Positions 41,717 through 51,136 of a DNA stretch of 64,000 nucleotides are shown in pieces. The stretch's first letter is position 1. The number at the start of each line of letters is the position of its first letter. The DNA is from Mesotaenium endlicherianum (taxonomy: Eukaryota). The notes beneath the pieces were generated by a model. The model worked only from the letters and a program-made list of their open reading frames with translations. It searched no databases and was not told the origin of the DNA. The stretch lies in the NCBI GenBank assembly GCA_009602735.1, contig WELA01001485.1, positions 124,001 through 188,000 of the forward strand, in the 5' to 3' direction. Position numbers and translations under genes: made by a program.

Positions 41717-43939
41717 TTATAGTACCATTTGCATCATCACCAATCTTGCATTATCGAATGTGATGTCCATCTTTTCTTCTTTTTTCTCGGCATGCACCGC
41801 AGGCATCACAGCATTGGGCTGGGGTGCTTCTTCGTAAGTGGTGGCTTTCTGATAATGATAGCGGGTAGTATCTACGGGTTTGTCCAGTTCTTTTTTCAGC
41901 TCTTCCGCCTCTTTTTGTTTTTTATCATATTCTTTCTTCAGTTCTTCTTTGCTCTTCTTGTATTGCTCTACTGCATTGTTCTCATCATCATCATTATTAT
42001 TGTTGTCGCGCGCATCTTCTTCCTTGTGTACCCTTTCCAGTCCGCCTGCCCTCATAATGTATTCCACATTGCTGTCCCAGTTCTGGTAATCGTTCCAATC
42101 GTCGCCCCAGTCGCCGTCATTGACATGGAACCAGCTTAGCCTGTTCGCCACTCTCCTGTCGATCATGATCCGCTTGCCTACCGGCACCTGTACGGTTACT
42201 TCTACACGCTGGTTGCGGAATTTGGTTCCTGAATGCAGGGAGAATCCCCGATCGAGCCAGATGGTACTGTCTTCCTGGTTGATCCCATAGTTGATGCCTC
42301 TTACATTTTCCATGGCGCTGCCGGCATCTTTTCCGCTGCTGTACTTGGTAGCGGAGATATGGTAAACAGAATCCTTACTTTTTAAGATGCGAAGCCTTAC
42401 ATTATTAAGGAAAAGGCTGTCATCGCTCACACTCATCACACCATCTATTTTACCCAGCCATCCGCCAATCACTTTCACTTTGCTGTCGGGCACATTGATG
42501 ATCAGTTTTCCCGTACCCGGCTGAACAATGGAGTATTCTTGCTTATCCCTGGCGCTTGCATCGAAATTGCGTGCAATAGAAACGGCCAGCATGATGCCGC
42601 AGAATAATCCAATGAACCACAGTCCGGCGAAAGTGAAACCAAGAAACTTGTTGCCCGATTTAACACCCATGATCCTACGCACGATCCATATAATGAAAGC
42701 AACTACCGGCACGCCCAGGAACAGCAACAGTGTTGCCCATGCAAGGAAGTTTTGTGTTACGCCTTCCAGGAAGAAATCTTTCAGGGGGAATACACCTATC
42801 CCTGCCACCAGAAACGCCAGGAGCGTAACCAGTAAGGCAAAAGCCAGTATACCTGCCAGGAAAAGAAAGAATGCTTTGAAGATAATGGCTATGGCATTGC
42901 CCAGCCGGCTACCGCCTCTTCTGCCGATCTTTGCTGCTTCACTGCTGAACTGTTGCCCCTTCTGGCTGATGGTTTGTCCGAATTCTTGTCCGAATTGTTG
43001 CGCACGCTCTTTCACTTCACCACCCCATTTCTCAGCGCGGCTTTTAAACCCCTCCAAGTCTTCCTGTATCGTATTCTTAATGGTATTGAGGTCTACTTTT
43101 TCGCCACGCATCTCCAGTTTATCCGATGCACTTTTGGCTTCCGGTATCACTGCCCAGAGTATGGCATAGGTGATGAAAAGTGTACCGCCAAAAGATCCGA
43201 AGACGATGCCCGGGAACGGATTATAGTCGAACCAGAAAGCATGCCTGAATATGGAAGTAAATATGCCTACTACCAGCGGCAGTACAAAGATCAGTCGGGG
43301 TACCCATACGGCTATGTCGAAATAAGCAGCCAACCCACTCGCCACGCCTGCAATCACTTTTTCATCTGGATTGCGATAGAGACGCTTGGTGCTTGTAGCA
43401 TTTTCAAGCCTTTTGGAAGGCAGTATGATCCATAAAAGTATGTATAACAAAATACCGGTTCCGGCGCCGAAAGTGATGAGGGCAAATACCAGGCGCACGA
43501 TCGTAGGATCAACGCGCAGGTAGTTGGCCAGGCCGCTACAAACACCGCCCAGCATTTTATCGCTTTCATCGCGGTAAAGACGGCCTCTCGGCGCTTCACC
43601 GGCTCCTTCATAAAATGTTCTGCTTTGCTGCTGCTGTTTGGTCTCTTCGCCTAATTGAGTCTGTACCTTGCTTTCGTCTCCTTCAAAGTCTTCCGGGCGG
43701 CCCATGCTCTTAATGATGCCATCTACATCTTCATCTGTGATGCAGGTGCTTCCTTTTTTAAGGCTGTCGCCAAACAGTTCTGCAATACGCCCTTCGATAT
43801 CATTGATGATCTCGTCGCGCCCCTCCTCGTTGGCAAAGAACTTGCGCAAGCTTTCAACATACTGTTTGAGCATGTCGTAGGCCGATTCCTCGATGGGAAT
43901 CACCCTGCCCTGGAAGTTTATATTGATTACCTTTTTCAT
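41717..43939 (-). CDS. PspC-domain membrane protein (two PspC domains, large periplasmic region)
   Basis: RLYRD...LGGVCSGLA and RLYRN...IAGVASGLA repeats; N-terminal EII.DIE.RIAELF; several TMs. Confidence 0.88.
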   Translation of the reverse strand: MKKVININFQGRVIPIEESAYDMLKQYVESLRKFFANEEGRDEIINDIEGRIAELFGDSLKKGSTCITDEDVDGIIKSMGRPEDFEGDESKVQTQLGEETKQQQQSRTFYEGAGEAPRGRLYRDESDKMLGGVCSGLANYLRVDPTIVRLVFALITFGAGTGILLYILLWIILPSKRLENATSTKRLYRNPDEKVIAGVASGLAAYFDIAVWVPRLIFVLPLVVGIFTSIFRHAFWFDYNPFPGIVFGSFGGTLFITYAILWAVIPEAKSASDKLEMRGEKVDLNTIKNTIQEDLEGFKSRAEKWGGEVKERAQQFGQEFGQTISQKGQQFSSEAAKIGRRGGSRLGNAIAIIFKAFFLFLAGILAFALLVTLLAFLVAGIGVFPLKDFFLEGVTQNFLAWATLLLFLGVPVVAFIIWIVRRIMGVKSGNKFLGFTFAGLWFIGLFCGIMLAVSIARNFDASARDKQEYSIVQPGTGKLIINVPDSKVKVIGGWLGKIDGVMSVSDDSLFLNNVRLRILKSKDSVYHISATKYSSGKDAGSAMENVRGINYGINQEDSTIWLDRGFSLHSGTKFRNQRVEVTVQVPVGKRIMIDRRVANRLSWFHVNDGDWGDDWNDYQNWDSNVEYIMRAGGLERVHKEEDARDNNNNDDDENNAVEQYKKSKEELKKEYDKKQKEAEELKKELDKPVDTTRYHYQKATTYEEAPQPNAVMPAVHAEKKEEKMDITFDNARLVMMQMVL

Positions 43940-43960
43940 TTTCTGTTCTGGTTTTGTTGG

Positions 43961-44326
43961 TTAAGGTTGGGATGGGTTGGGTTCGGATGTTGGATCTATG
44001 GCGGATTGCGTCAAAGTATGTACGGCGTCGGCCAGCTCCTGCCAGGTTCTTTCCAGTTCGCCATAGAACTCAAGACCTTTGTCTGTCATCACGAAATATT
44101 TCCGGGGTGGGCCGCTGTTGCTTTCTACCCAGCGGTAGGTTAACAAGCCTGCATTTTTCAATCGTGTGAGCAACGGGTACAAAGTGCCTTCCAGTATGTG
44201 CAGGTTGGCAGTCTTCATGCGATCCACAATATCGCTGGGGTATACTTCGCCCTGGCGTATGATGGACAAAATGCAAAACTCCAATACCCCCTTTCGCATC
44301 TGACTCTGTGTGTTCTGAATATCCAT
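43961..44326 (-). CDS. PadR family transcriptional regulator
   Basis: QMRKGVLE, EGTLYPLLTRL, GPPRKYF. Confidence 0.94.
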   Translation of the reverse strand: MDIQNTQSQMRKGVLEFCILSIIRQGEVYPSDIVDRMKTANLHILEGTLYPLLTRLKNAGLLTYRWVESNSGPPRKYFVMTDKGLEFYGELERTWQELADAVHTLTQSAIDPTSEPNPSQP

Positions 44327-44411
44327 ATCCGGAGTTTTTGGATCTTCCGTCCCGCACCTGGTTTTGCGCGGGATGGGAGATCGTTGTTATGAAATGAGAT
44401 TGGTTTGCTGC

Positions 44412-44603
44412 TTATGCCATCAGGAATCTCCTTCCGGTCCTTGTTCTTCTGCTGCGCTGGAGGTTCCAATAATCGGCCGCTGTGAAAATGGCTTTGTGTT
44501 CTGCTACCCGGGCTACTGTTTCTTTTACAGATGCTTCTTTCACCAAGTTAGTGATATCGCTTTTCTCCAGGGCTGTCAGCAATTGAATGTTTTGTGTTTT
44601 CAT
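44412..44603 (-). CDS. Small hypothetical protein (63 aa) with Arg-rich C-terminus, first ORF of the padR-pspC unit
   Basis: ATG in A-rich context; ends FTAADYWNLQRSRRTRTGRRFLMA. Confidence 0.55.
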   Translation of the reverse strand: MKTQNIQLLTALEKSDITNLVKEASVKETVARVAEHKAIFTAADYWNLQRSRRTRTGRRFLMA

Positions 44604-44670
44604 GATTCTTTTATTTGATAGTGTTTTTAAATGCTTGTTCTCATTGACAACACAAAGATGGGATATTATT

Positions 44671-44695
44671 TGGTACTATGCAACACATAGTACCA
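44671..44695. promoter_or_regulatory. Putative PadR operator
   Basis: Perfect inverted repeat TGGTACTATG-caaca-CATAGTACCA upstream of the small ORF-padR-pspC unit. Confidence 0.7.
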
Positions 44696-44843
44696 GTTTT
44701 TTTTCAGTAATAGGCAGAAGATTGTAACTGGTTAAGCTTATTTATTTGATAATCAATACATTATGGCTAGATCGAACATTTCACTCTTACATAAACGGCT
44801 TCTCAGGCTGATGAAAGGCTTAATGTTGTATCATTGTGCTTCC

Positions 44844-45236
44844 ATGAAAAAGAAGCTCCTTTTCGTTTGTATTGAAAACAGTAACCGCAGCCAGATGAGC
44901 CAGGCTTTTGCTACTATATATGGTGGCGATGCTGTTGAAGCCTTCAGTGCGGGCAGTAAGCCTAGCGGCATAGTGAATCCCAAAGCCATTGCAGCCATGA
45001 AAGAACTGGGTTATGATCTCAGCAAGCATGACAGCAAATCATTGCAGGAAGTGGAACAATATGCTCCTTTCGATGCGGTGGTAACCATGGGTTGCGGCGA
45101 TGCCTGTCCCTGGATGCCCGCCAAACAGTTCATCGACTGGCAGATACCAGACCCCAAACACCTGGAGCCCGCTGAGTTCAATCAAATACGCGATATGATC
45201 GGCGAGAAAGTAAAGCAGCTCATCGCTTCTTTGTAA
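44844..45236 (+). CDS. arsC: LMW-PTP-fold arsenate reductase (thioredoxin type)
   Basis: P-loop CIENSNRS, SAGS, TMGCGDACP, W...DP. Confidence 0.8.
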   Translation: MKKKLLFVCIENSNRSQMSQAFATIYGGDAVEAFSAGSKPSGIVNPKAIAAMKELGYDLSKHDSKSLQEVEQYAPFDAVVTMGCGDACPWMPAKQFIDWQIPDPKHLEPAEFNQIRDMIGEKVKQLIASL

Positions 45237-45239
45237 TGT

Positions 45240-45599
45240 TTATTGCGGGTTGCCGCCTTTGCCCAGGATAGCTTCGATAATAGAAGTAAAGAATGATACC
45301 ACCAGGCTGAATAATAACGCCGATACCCATCCGTCTACTGTAAATCCTGGTACCAATGAGGCAGCGAATTTTACAATGAGAATATTGATCACCAACAGGA
45401 ACAATCCAAGCGTCAATAAAGTGATAGGTATGGTGAGCAAGATCAGCACAGGTTTCACAAAGCTGTTCAACAGGCCCAATACGAGCGCCACCAATAAGGC
45501 AGTGGCAGTGCCATTTACATGTATACCTTTCAGTATATAGGCGGCAGCCAGTATGGCTACTGCTGTTGCAACGGTCTTTGTAAAGAAACGTCCTATCAT
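45240..45599 (-). CDS. YvlD-like 4-TM membrane protein ('phage holin' superfamily IV)
   Basis: LLNSFVKPVL.LLTIPI..LTLGLF..VIN, VPGF.V.G. Confidence 0.85.
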   Translation of the reverse strand: MIGRFFTKTVATAVAILAAAYILKGIHVNGTATALLVALVLGLLNSFVKPVLILLTIPITLLTLGLFLLVINILIVKFAASLVPGFTVDGWVSALLFSLVVSFFTSIIEAILGKGGNPQ

Positions 45600-45609
45600 G
45601 AAGTATAAT

Positions 45610-46890
45610 TTATATTACCGTTAACTCATAAAATGCGTCGGGCTGCAGGTATTTTTCTGCCAGTTCCCGCAACGCTTCCGGACTCACTGTCTTGATGGTT
45701 GCTATGCTATTATAAAAATAAGCTTCCTCCAGGTTGTTCAATACATAACTTTTCCACCTGGCAATGATCTGGAAGGGGCCGTCCAGGTCGCCCAGCAAAG
45801 AACCCATCATATAATTGCGTACCAGATCGAGTTCTTCTTCCGGCACCGGTTCTTTACGCAGGAGCGCCATTTCTTTGTATACTTCTTCAATAGTGGCTTC
45901 ACATACATCCCTGCCCGCTTCCGTGCTGATCATCCAGGCACTGTTGTGTATGTGGTTTTGCAGGTAACTGTGTATGCCGTAAGTATAGCCTTTGTCTTCC
46001 CGGATATTGCTCATGAGCCTTGAACCAAAAAAACCACCGAACAGGTTATTCAATATCTGGACCTTGGGAAAATCGGGGTGATGCCTGTTAGGAAAAGGAC
46101 GGGCAATACGGATGGCGCCTTGCACACCATTCGCATCGTTGAGAATATGGTATTTCTTTTCATCGGCTGACTGCAGGTTGAATACTGTTTCAGGTAGCAG
46201 TTGTTTATTCAGGGGCAGATGGCCGAATGTTTTATTCAGTTGTTGTTGAATATCTCCCGGTAATTTCCCCGCCGTGAACACCAGGCATTTTCCTTCAACA
46301 TAAAAACGCTTGTAGAAAGCTTTCAATTCATCCTGTTGCAGTTGGTCGTAATCCAGCGTAGAAGTATATCGCCCGTACGGATGGTGAAACCCGTAAAGGT
46401 ACTCATCGATCAACCGGTTGGCGATAAAATCGCATTTCTTCAGGTTTACTTCCAGTCGTTGCTTCTGGTTTTGTTTGTAGATAGCCAGTTCTTCTTCGGG
46501 AAAAATACTTTCGGTGATCAGTTCAGCTACTACCGGTAACAGGTGATGCAAATGTTTTGCCAGGCAATGCAACGAGATGGTGGCCGTTTCATTATAACAC
46601 TGGCGGTTCAGGTAAGCACCATAAAACTCAAAATGCTCATTGATAGCAAAAGCATTTTTTTGTTTGGTACCATTCTTCAACAAAAAATTGGTTGTAGCTG
46701 CTACAATGTTTTTTTCTTCATACCAGTTACCGGCATAAAACACCCACTCGATCATCACCACTTCTTCTGCGCCTGCATTGATGGCATACACAGGCACGCC
46801 GTTGTCCAGGGTAAACCGGTCGCAGGGTTTCAGTCGCAGATCAAAATCCACTGCATCTACTATTTCGGGGGCTGCTTTCCTGTTGGGCAT
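45610..46890 (-). CDS. M16B peptidase, non-catalytic subunit
   Basis: M16 fold (LDNG, GGFFGSRLMSNIREDKGYTY) without HxxEH. Confidence 0.88.
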   Translation of the reverse strand: MPNRKAAPEIVDAVDFDLRLKPCDRFTLDNGVPVYAINAGAEEVVMIEWVFYAGNWYEEKNIVAATTNFLLKNGTKQKNAFAINEHFEFYGAYLNRQCYNETATISLHCLAKHLHHLLPVVAELITESIFPEEELAIYKQNQKQRLEVNLKKCDFIANRLIDEYLYGFHHPYGRYTSTLDYDQLQQDELKAFYKRFYVEGKCLVFTAGKLPGDIQQQLNKTFGHLPLNKQLLPETVFNLQSADEKKYHILNDANGVQGAIRIARPFPNRHHPDFPKVQILNNLFGGFFGSRLMSNIREDKGYTYGIHSYLQNHIHNSAWMISTEAGRDVCEATIEEVYKEMALLRKEPVPEEELDLVRNYMMGSLLGDLDGPFQIIARWKSYVLNNLEEAYFYNSIATIKTVSPEALRELAEKYLQPDAFYELTVI

Positions 46891-46891
46891 T

Positions 46892-48136
46892 TTATCGGTT
46901 GGGTTTGCTGTAGTAAAAGATTGTGTTGCTGTTGTTCTCATCAAAGATGTCCTGGCTGTATTCCAGGATATCCTCCGCCGTTACCGCATGGTATTTTTGC
47001 AATTCGGTATTCATCAGTTGTGCATCGCCCAGCAATTCATACAGGGCCAGGCTTCCGGCGCGACTCATCACGCTCATGTCTTCAAAAGCAATCACGCTTT
47101 CTGTTTTATTCTTTACTTTCTGTAATTCCGTATCGCTCACTTTTTCCATTCGCATCCGCGCAACCTCGTTATCTACTGCTTCGGCAGCCGTTTCCATGCT
47201 CACTCCTTTTACCAGCTTGCCTTCGATGGCCAGCAAACCGGCATCAATGCTTCCGAAATGATAGCAATCCAGGCTGGAAAATAATTGCCGCTCTTTTACC
47301 AATGCCTGGTAAAGCCTCGATGAGCCTCCGCCTCCCAGTATTTCCGTAATTAAGTCGGCTACATAATAGCCTTTATCGAGCCGGCCGGCAATATGCCAGG
47401 TTTTGATGAAAGCATCCAGCGGCACATCGGCATGGTATACTGCTTTTCTCGGGGCTGCCTGCTTTGGTTCAACCGGTAAATTCCGCTGGTATTTTTCTCC
47501 CATGGGAATATCGCCGAACCATTTTTCGGCCAGCGTTCTGACCTTGTCTGTCTGCACATTTCCCGCCACCACAAGAATAGCATTCACAGGTCTGTAATGT
47601 TTGAAGAAAAATGCTTTTACATCTTCTATCTGCGCGTGTTCTATATGCGCTAATTCTTTACCGATGGTCATCCAACGATAAGGGTGTGTGGTATAAGCCA
47701 GTTCACGCATCTTATGCCATACATCGCCATAAGGTTTGTTGATATAATGTTCCTTGAACTCTTCCACCACCACTTTGCGCTGTACATCAAGGCTCTTCTC
47801 GCTGAAAGCCAGGCTCAGCATCCGATCGCTTTCGAGCCAGAAAGCGGTTTCAATATTTTCTGCCGGTAACTGGCAATAATAATTCGTGAGATCATTGGTA
47901 GTATACGCATTGTTTTCGCCGCCGGCCCTTTGCAGGGGCTCATCGTAATCGGCGATATTGATACTGCCGCCAAACATCAGGTGTTCGAACAAATGCGCAA
48001 AGCCAGTTTGAGAAGGAGCTTCGTCGCGTGCACCTACATCATACATAATATTCACTACAGCCATGGGTGTGGACGGGTCTTCGTGTACCAACACCCGCAA
48101 TCCGTTCTCCAGCACAAATCGGTTAAATTGAATCAT
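46892..48136 (-). CDS. M16B zinc peptidase, catalytic subunit
   Basis: GFAHLFEHLMF (HxxEH), NAYT, LESDRM. Confidence 0.92.
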   Translation of the reverse strand: MIQFNRFVLENGLRVLVHEDPSTPMAVVNIMYDVGARDEAPSQTGFAHLFEHLMFGGSINIADYDEPLQRAGGENNAYTTNDLTNYYCQLPAENIETAFWLESDRMLSLAFSEKSLDVQRKVVVEEFKEHYINKPYGDVWHKMRELAYTTHPYRWMTIGKELAHIEHAQIEDVKAFFFKHYRPVNAILVVAGNVQTDKVRTLAEKWFGDIPMGEKYQRNLPVEPKQAAPRKAVYHADVPLDAFIKTWHIAGRLDKGYYVADLITEILGGGGSSRLYQALVKERQLFSSLDCYHFGSIDAGLLAIEGKLVKGVSMETAAEAVDNEVARMRMEKVSDTELQKVKNKTESVIAFEDMSVMSRAGSLALYELLGDAQLMNTELQKYHAVTAEDILEYSQDIFDENNSNTIFYYSKPNR

Positions 48137-48171
48137 AGTCCTTGTAAAAGACGCAAATTAGTCATTTTGTG

Positions 48172-49362
48172 CTACCGCCTGATGTCTTTGATATCCATGG
48201 TGAGCACCAGGGGATTGTTATTGCGGAAAACGATCACTTTCACCCTGCCCAGGGTATTCTGAAAAAGATTTTTGTACACCTGTATATTCTTGGAGAAATT
48301 AGATTCCACCGAAAAAATAATGTCGTCGGGCTTGAAACCTGCTTTATCGCCCGGGGAGCCTTTGACAATATCCACTACGCGGATCTCTCCATTGATCATA
48401 TAAATGCCCAGACCTGTATACGAATAATCGAAAGACTCTGCGTAATGGCTGTTGGGTCTGATGTAAATACTCCGCTCGGGGTAGTTCAGGATCACATTGA
48501 AACGGCGCATGATATCGTTGCCTATCAGTCCGCCCAGCAAAGGATAAGAGGTAACGTTGAAATCGTCTTCAAAAATATGGATGGGTACTTTGCGGAATTT
48601 ATACGGACCCAGCTTCACCGATTTGATCACCGTTATCTGCATTTGTTTTTTCCCGCCTAACCCCTCTGCCTGCGTGGCATAATATTTTCTTTTCTTTTTG
48701 ATGAACACGCTGTCATCCACAAAATCTTTTGATAAAAGGAAACAGAGTCCGGCGCCTGTATCAAAAATGAATTTACCGTTGATCTCTCTTTCATCGCCGA
48801 TCATTGCATGCTGCATGGCCAGTGTTGAAAAATCCGGTTTCAATATATATCCGCCACGTGGATATTTTATAGTGCCCGGTGTAAACACTTCAATCAGCTG
48901 TTTGTCATAATCGATCATCACAATATACCTTCTTAAAAAACTATACCCGATGATGCCGTCTATTTTAATACCATACACACTGGTAAGCAGGTCGTAATCG
49001 TTGATGTGAAAGTCGAGGTGTTCCGTAACCAGTCCGGGTAACCTGAGCGTATGATTATACGCAAACTCCACCGTTCGCATCCCCGCAATACCGCGAATGG
49101 TTTTATCGCTCATCTTGAGCGACAGCTTCAAAGCCGCAGCAGTGGTTGAATCGAGCGAAATACCGCCGCTGCCGGTATCGAATACGAAGTTGAGCGAGTC
49201 GGGCGAATCATCCACCTGTGCTTTTACGATCACAATGCCACCACTGAGTTGTGTAAAAGAGAACTTGGTGAGCAAGTGCGATTGTGGCGCTATGAACTCT
49301 TCCTGTGCTTTCAAAGAAAAAAAACAGAAAAGCAGCAGGTTGGCAAGCAATAAGCGTTTCAT
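48172..49362 (-). CDS. Secreted tandem retropepsin-like aspartyl protease with C-terminal PDZ domain
   Basis: Signal peptide; two DTG motifs (FDTGSG, FDTGAG); GLGI...SPGDKAG...D.I. Confidence 0.88.
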   Translation of the reverse strand: MKRLLLANLLLFCFFSLKAQEEFIAPQSHLLTKFSFTQLSGGIVIVKAQVDDSPDSLNFVFDTGSGGISLDSTTAAALKLSLKMSDKTIRGIAGMRTVEFAYNHTLRLPGLVTEHLDFHINDYDLLTSVYGIKIDGIIGYSFLRRYIVMIDYDKQLIEVFTPGTIKYPRGGYILKPDFSTLAMQHAMIGDEREINGKFIFDTGAGLCFLLSKDFVDDSVFIKKKRKYYATQAEGLGGKKQMQITVIKSVKLGPYKFRKVPIHIFEDDFNVTSYPLLGGLIGNDIMRRFNVILNYPERSIYIRPNSHYAESFDYSYTGLGIYMINGEIRVVDIVKGSPGDKAGFKPDDIIFSVESNFSKNIQVYKNLFQNTLGRVKVIVFRNNNPLVLTMDIKDIRR

Positions 49363-49462
49363 ACAAATTGAATATAAGCTTAATTACTAATAGCTGCTCA
49401 ATTACTTTATGAATGGCATTTATCATCTTACCTTTGTGTTTTCTACTAAATGAACGGATGAT

Positions 49463-50587
49463 ATGCAACTAGCCGATTTATACCAGAAAGCCCTAGGTTT
49501 TGAATTCCTTTCCGTTGAAGAAGGGCTGTTCCTTTTTGAACAGGCACCTCTGACCGAACTGATGTATGTTGCCGATGAGATGCGTAAGCAACAGGTGCCA
49601 CACGGAAAAGTGACCTGGCAGATCGATCGGAATGTAAATACCACCAATGTTTGCATTGCCAATTGCAAATTCTGTAACTTCTATCGTATACCGGGTCATG
49701 CCGAAGCGTATATCACCGATATGCCGGTTTACCGCAAGAAGATCGAGGAAACATTCAAATATGGCGGCGACCAATTGTTGTTGCAGGGCGGACACCACCC
49801 TGAGCTGGGCCTCGATTTCTATACCCGTACATTCCGCCAGTTGAAGCAGGAATATCCTACCCTCAAGCTGCATGCATTGGGCCCGCCCGAAGTGGCCCAC
49901 ATTTGTAAGCTGGAAAAAATGAGCCATCGCGATGTGCTCATGGCTTTGCAGGAAGCAGGACTGGATTCTTTGCCGGGTGCAGGCGCTGAGATATTGGTTG
50001 ACAGGGTGCGACGCCTGATCTCCAAAGGAAAATGCGGCGCCGATGAATGGCTCGCCATTATGCACGAAGCACATAAACTCAACATCACCACAAGCGCTAC
50101 CATGATGTTCGGTCACGTGGAAACACTGGAAGAGCGTTTCATTCACCTTGTGCGCATAAGGGAAGTGCAGAGCCTTAAACCGGAGTCGGCCAAAGGCTTC
50201 CTGGCATTCATTCCCTGGACCTTCCAGGATGTAGATACCTTACTGGCCCGTATCAGGGGCGTACACAACCTCACTACCCCCGACGAATATATCCGCATGA
50301 TCGCCATCAGCCGCATCATGCTGCCCAATGTCAAGAACATCCAGGCGAGCTGGCTTACGGTGGGCAAGCAAACCGCCCAGATCTGTCTGCATGCAGGCGC
50401 CAACGATTTCGGCAGTATCATGATCGAAGAGAATGTGGTGAGTGCGGCCGGTGCACCCCATCGTTTTACCTACAAGACCATGCAGGACGCCATCCGCGAG
50501 GCCGGTTTCGAACCCCAGTTACGCAACCAGCAGTACGAATGGAGGCCCATTCCCGAAGCCATACAGGAGCAGGTGATCAATTATTGA
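49463..50587 (+). CDS. mqnC: Cyclic dehypoxanthinyl futalosine synthase (radical SAM)
   Basis: NTTNVCIANCKFCNF, LLQGG, PGAGAEIL, TMMFGH, GANDFGSIMIEENVVSAAG. Confidence 0.85.
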   Translation: MQLADLYQKALGFEFLSVEEGLFLFEQAPLTELMYVADEMRKQQVPHGKVTWQIDRNVNTTNVCIANCKFCNFYRIPGHAEAYITDMPVYRKKIEETFKYGGDQLLLQGGHHPELGLDFYTRTFRQLKQEYPTLKLHALGPPEVAHICKLEKMSHRDVLMALQEAGLDSLPGAGAEILVDRVRRLISKGKCGADEWLAIMHEAHKLNITTSATMMFGHVETLEERFIHLVRIREVQSLKPESAKGFLAFIPWTFQDVDTLLARIRGVHNLTTPDEYIRMIAISRIMLPNVKNIQASWLTVGKQTAQICLHAGANDFGSIMIEENVVSAAGAPHRFTYKTMQDAIREAGFEPQLRNQQYEWRPIPEAIQEQVINY

Positions 50588-50645
50588 TGTTTTTCTGCCC
50601 GTAGTGTAACATAGTGGCCCTTCAATCGTATCAATAGTCAACAAC

Positions 50646-51131
50646 ATGACTGAAAAAGAGTACAACGACTGCGTCACACAATATGCCGATAATGTTTACC
50701 GCTTTATCGTGAAAAACCTCCGGCACGAGGAAGATGCCAGGGATATTGTGCAAACCGCATTCGAAAAACTCTGGCGTAACCGGGAAACGATCGAGACCAT
50801 CAAATCAAAATCATACCTGTTTACCATTGCCTATAACCAGATGATCGACCATATCAGGAAGGTGAAAAGGATAAAATTGAAAGATACATTCGAAGAAAGC
50901 GGAAGCAAGACCTACCAGTTACACAGCAACCCAAGAAAAACCCTGATGGAGGCCCTGAACCGTCTTAATGAAACGCAGAAAAGCCTGGTGATGCTGAAAG
51001 ATTATGAAGGATACAGTTATGAAGAGATCGGACAGATCATGAACCTGAACGCGAGCCAGGTAAAAGTGTACCTGCATCGTGCGAGGCTGGCACTGAAAAC
51101 CTATCTGGTGAAACCTGAAAACATTATATAA
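50646..51131 (+). CDS. ECF RNA polymerase sigma factor
   Basis: Region 2 DARDIVQTAF...SYLFTIAYN; region 4 EGYSYEEI...VKVYLHRAR. Confidence 0.93.
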   Translation: MTEKEYNDCVTQYADNVYRFIVKNLRHEEDARDIVQTAFEKLWRNRETIETIKSKSYLFTIAYNQMIDHIRKVKRIKLKDTFEESGSKTYQLHSNPRKTLMEALNRLNETQKSLVMLKDYEGYSYEEIGQIMNLNASQVKVYLHRARLALKTYLVKPENII

Positions 51132-51136
51132 GACCT

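Noticed and set aside
45240..45599. 'Phage holin' plus GH25 lysozyme and ssb as a prophage remnant
   Set aside because: Genes are scattered over 17 kb among housekeeping genes; no integrase, terminase or structural genes.
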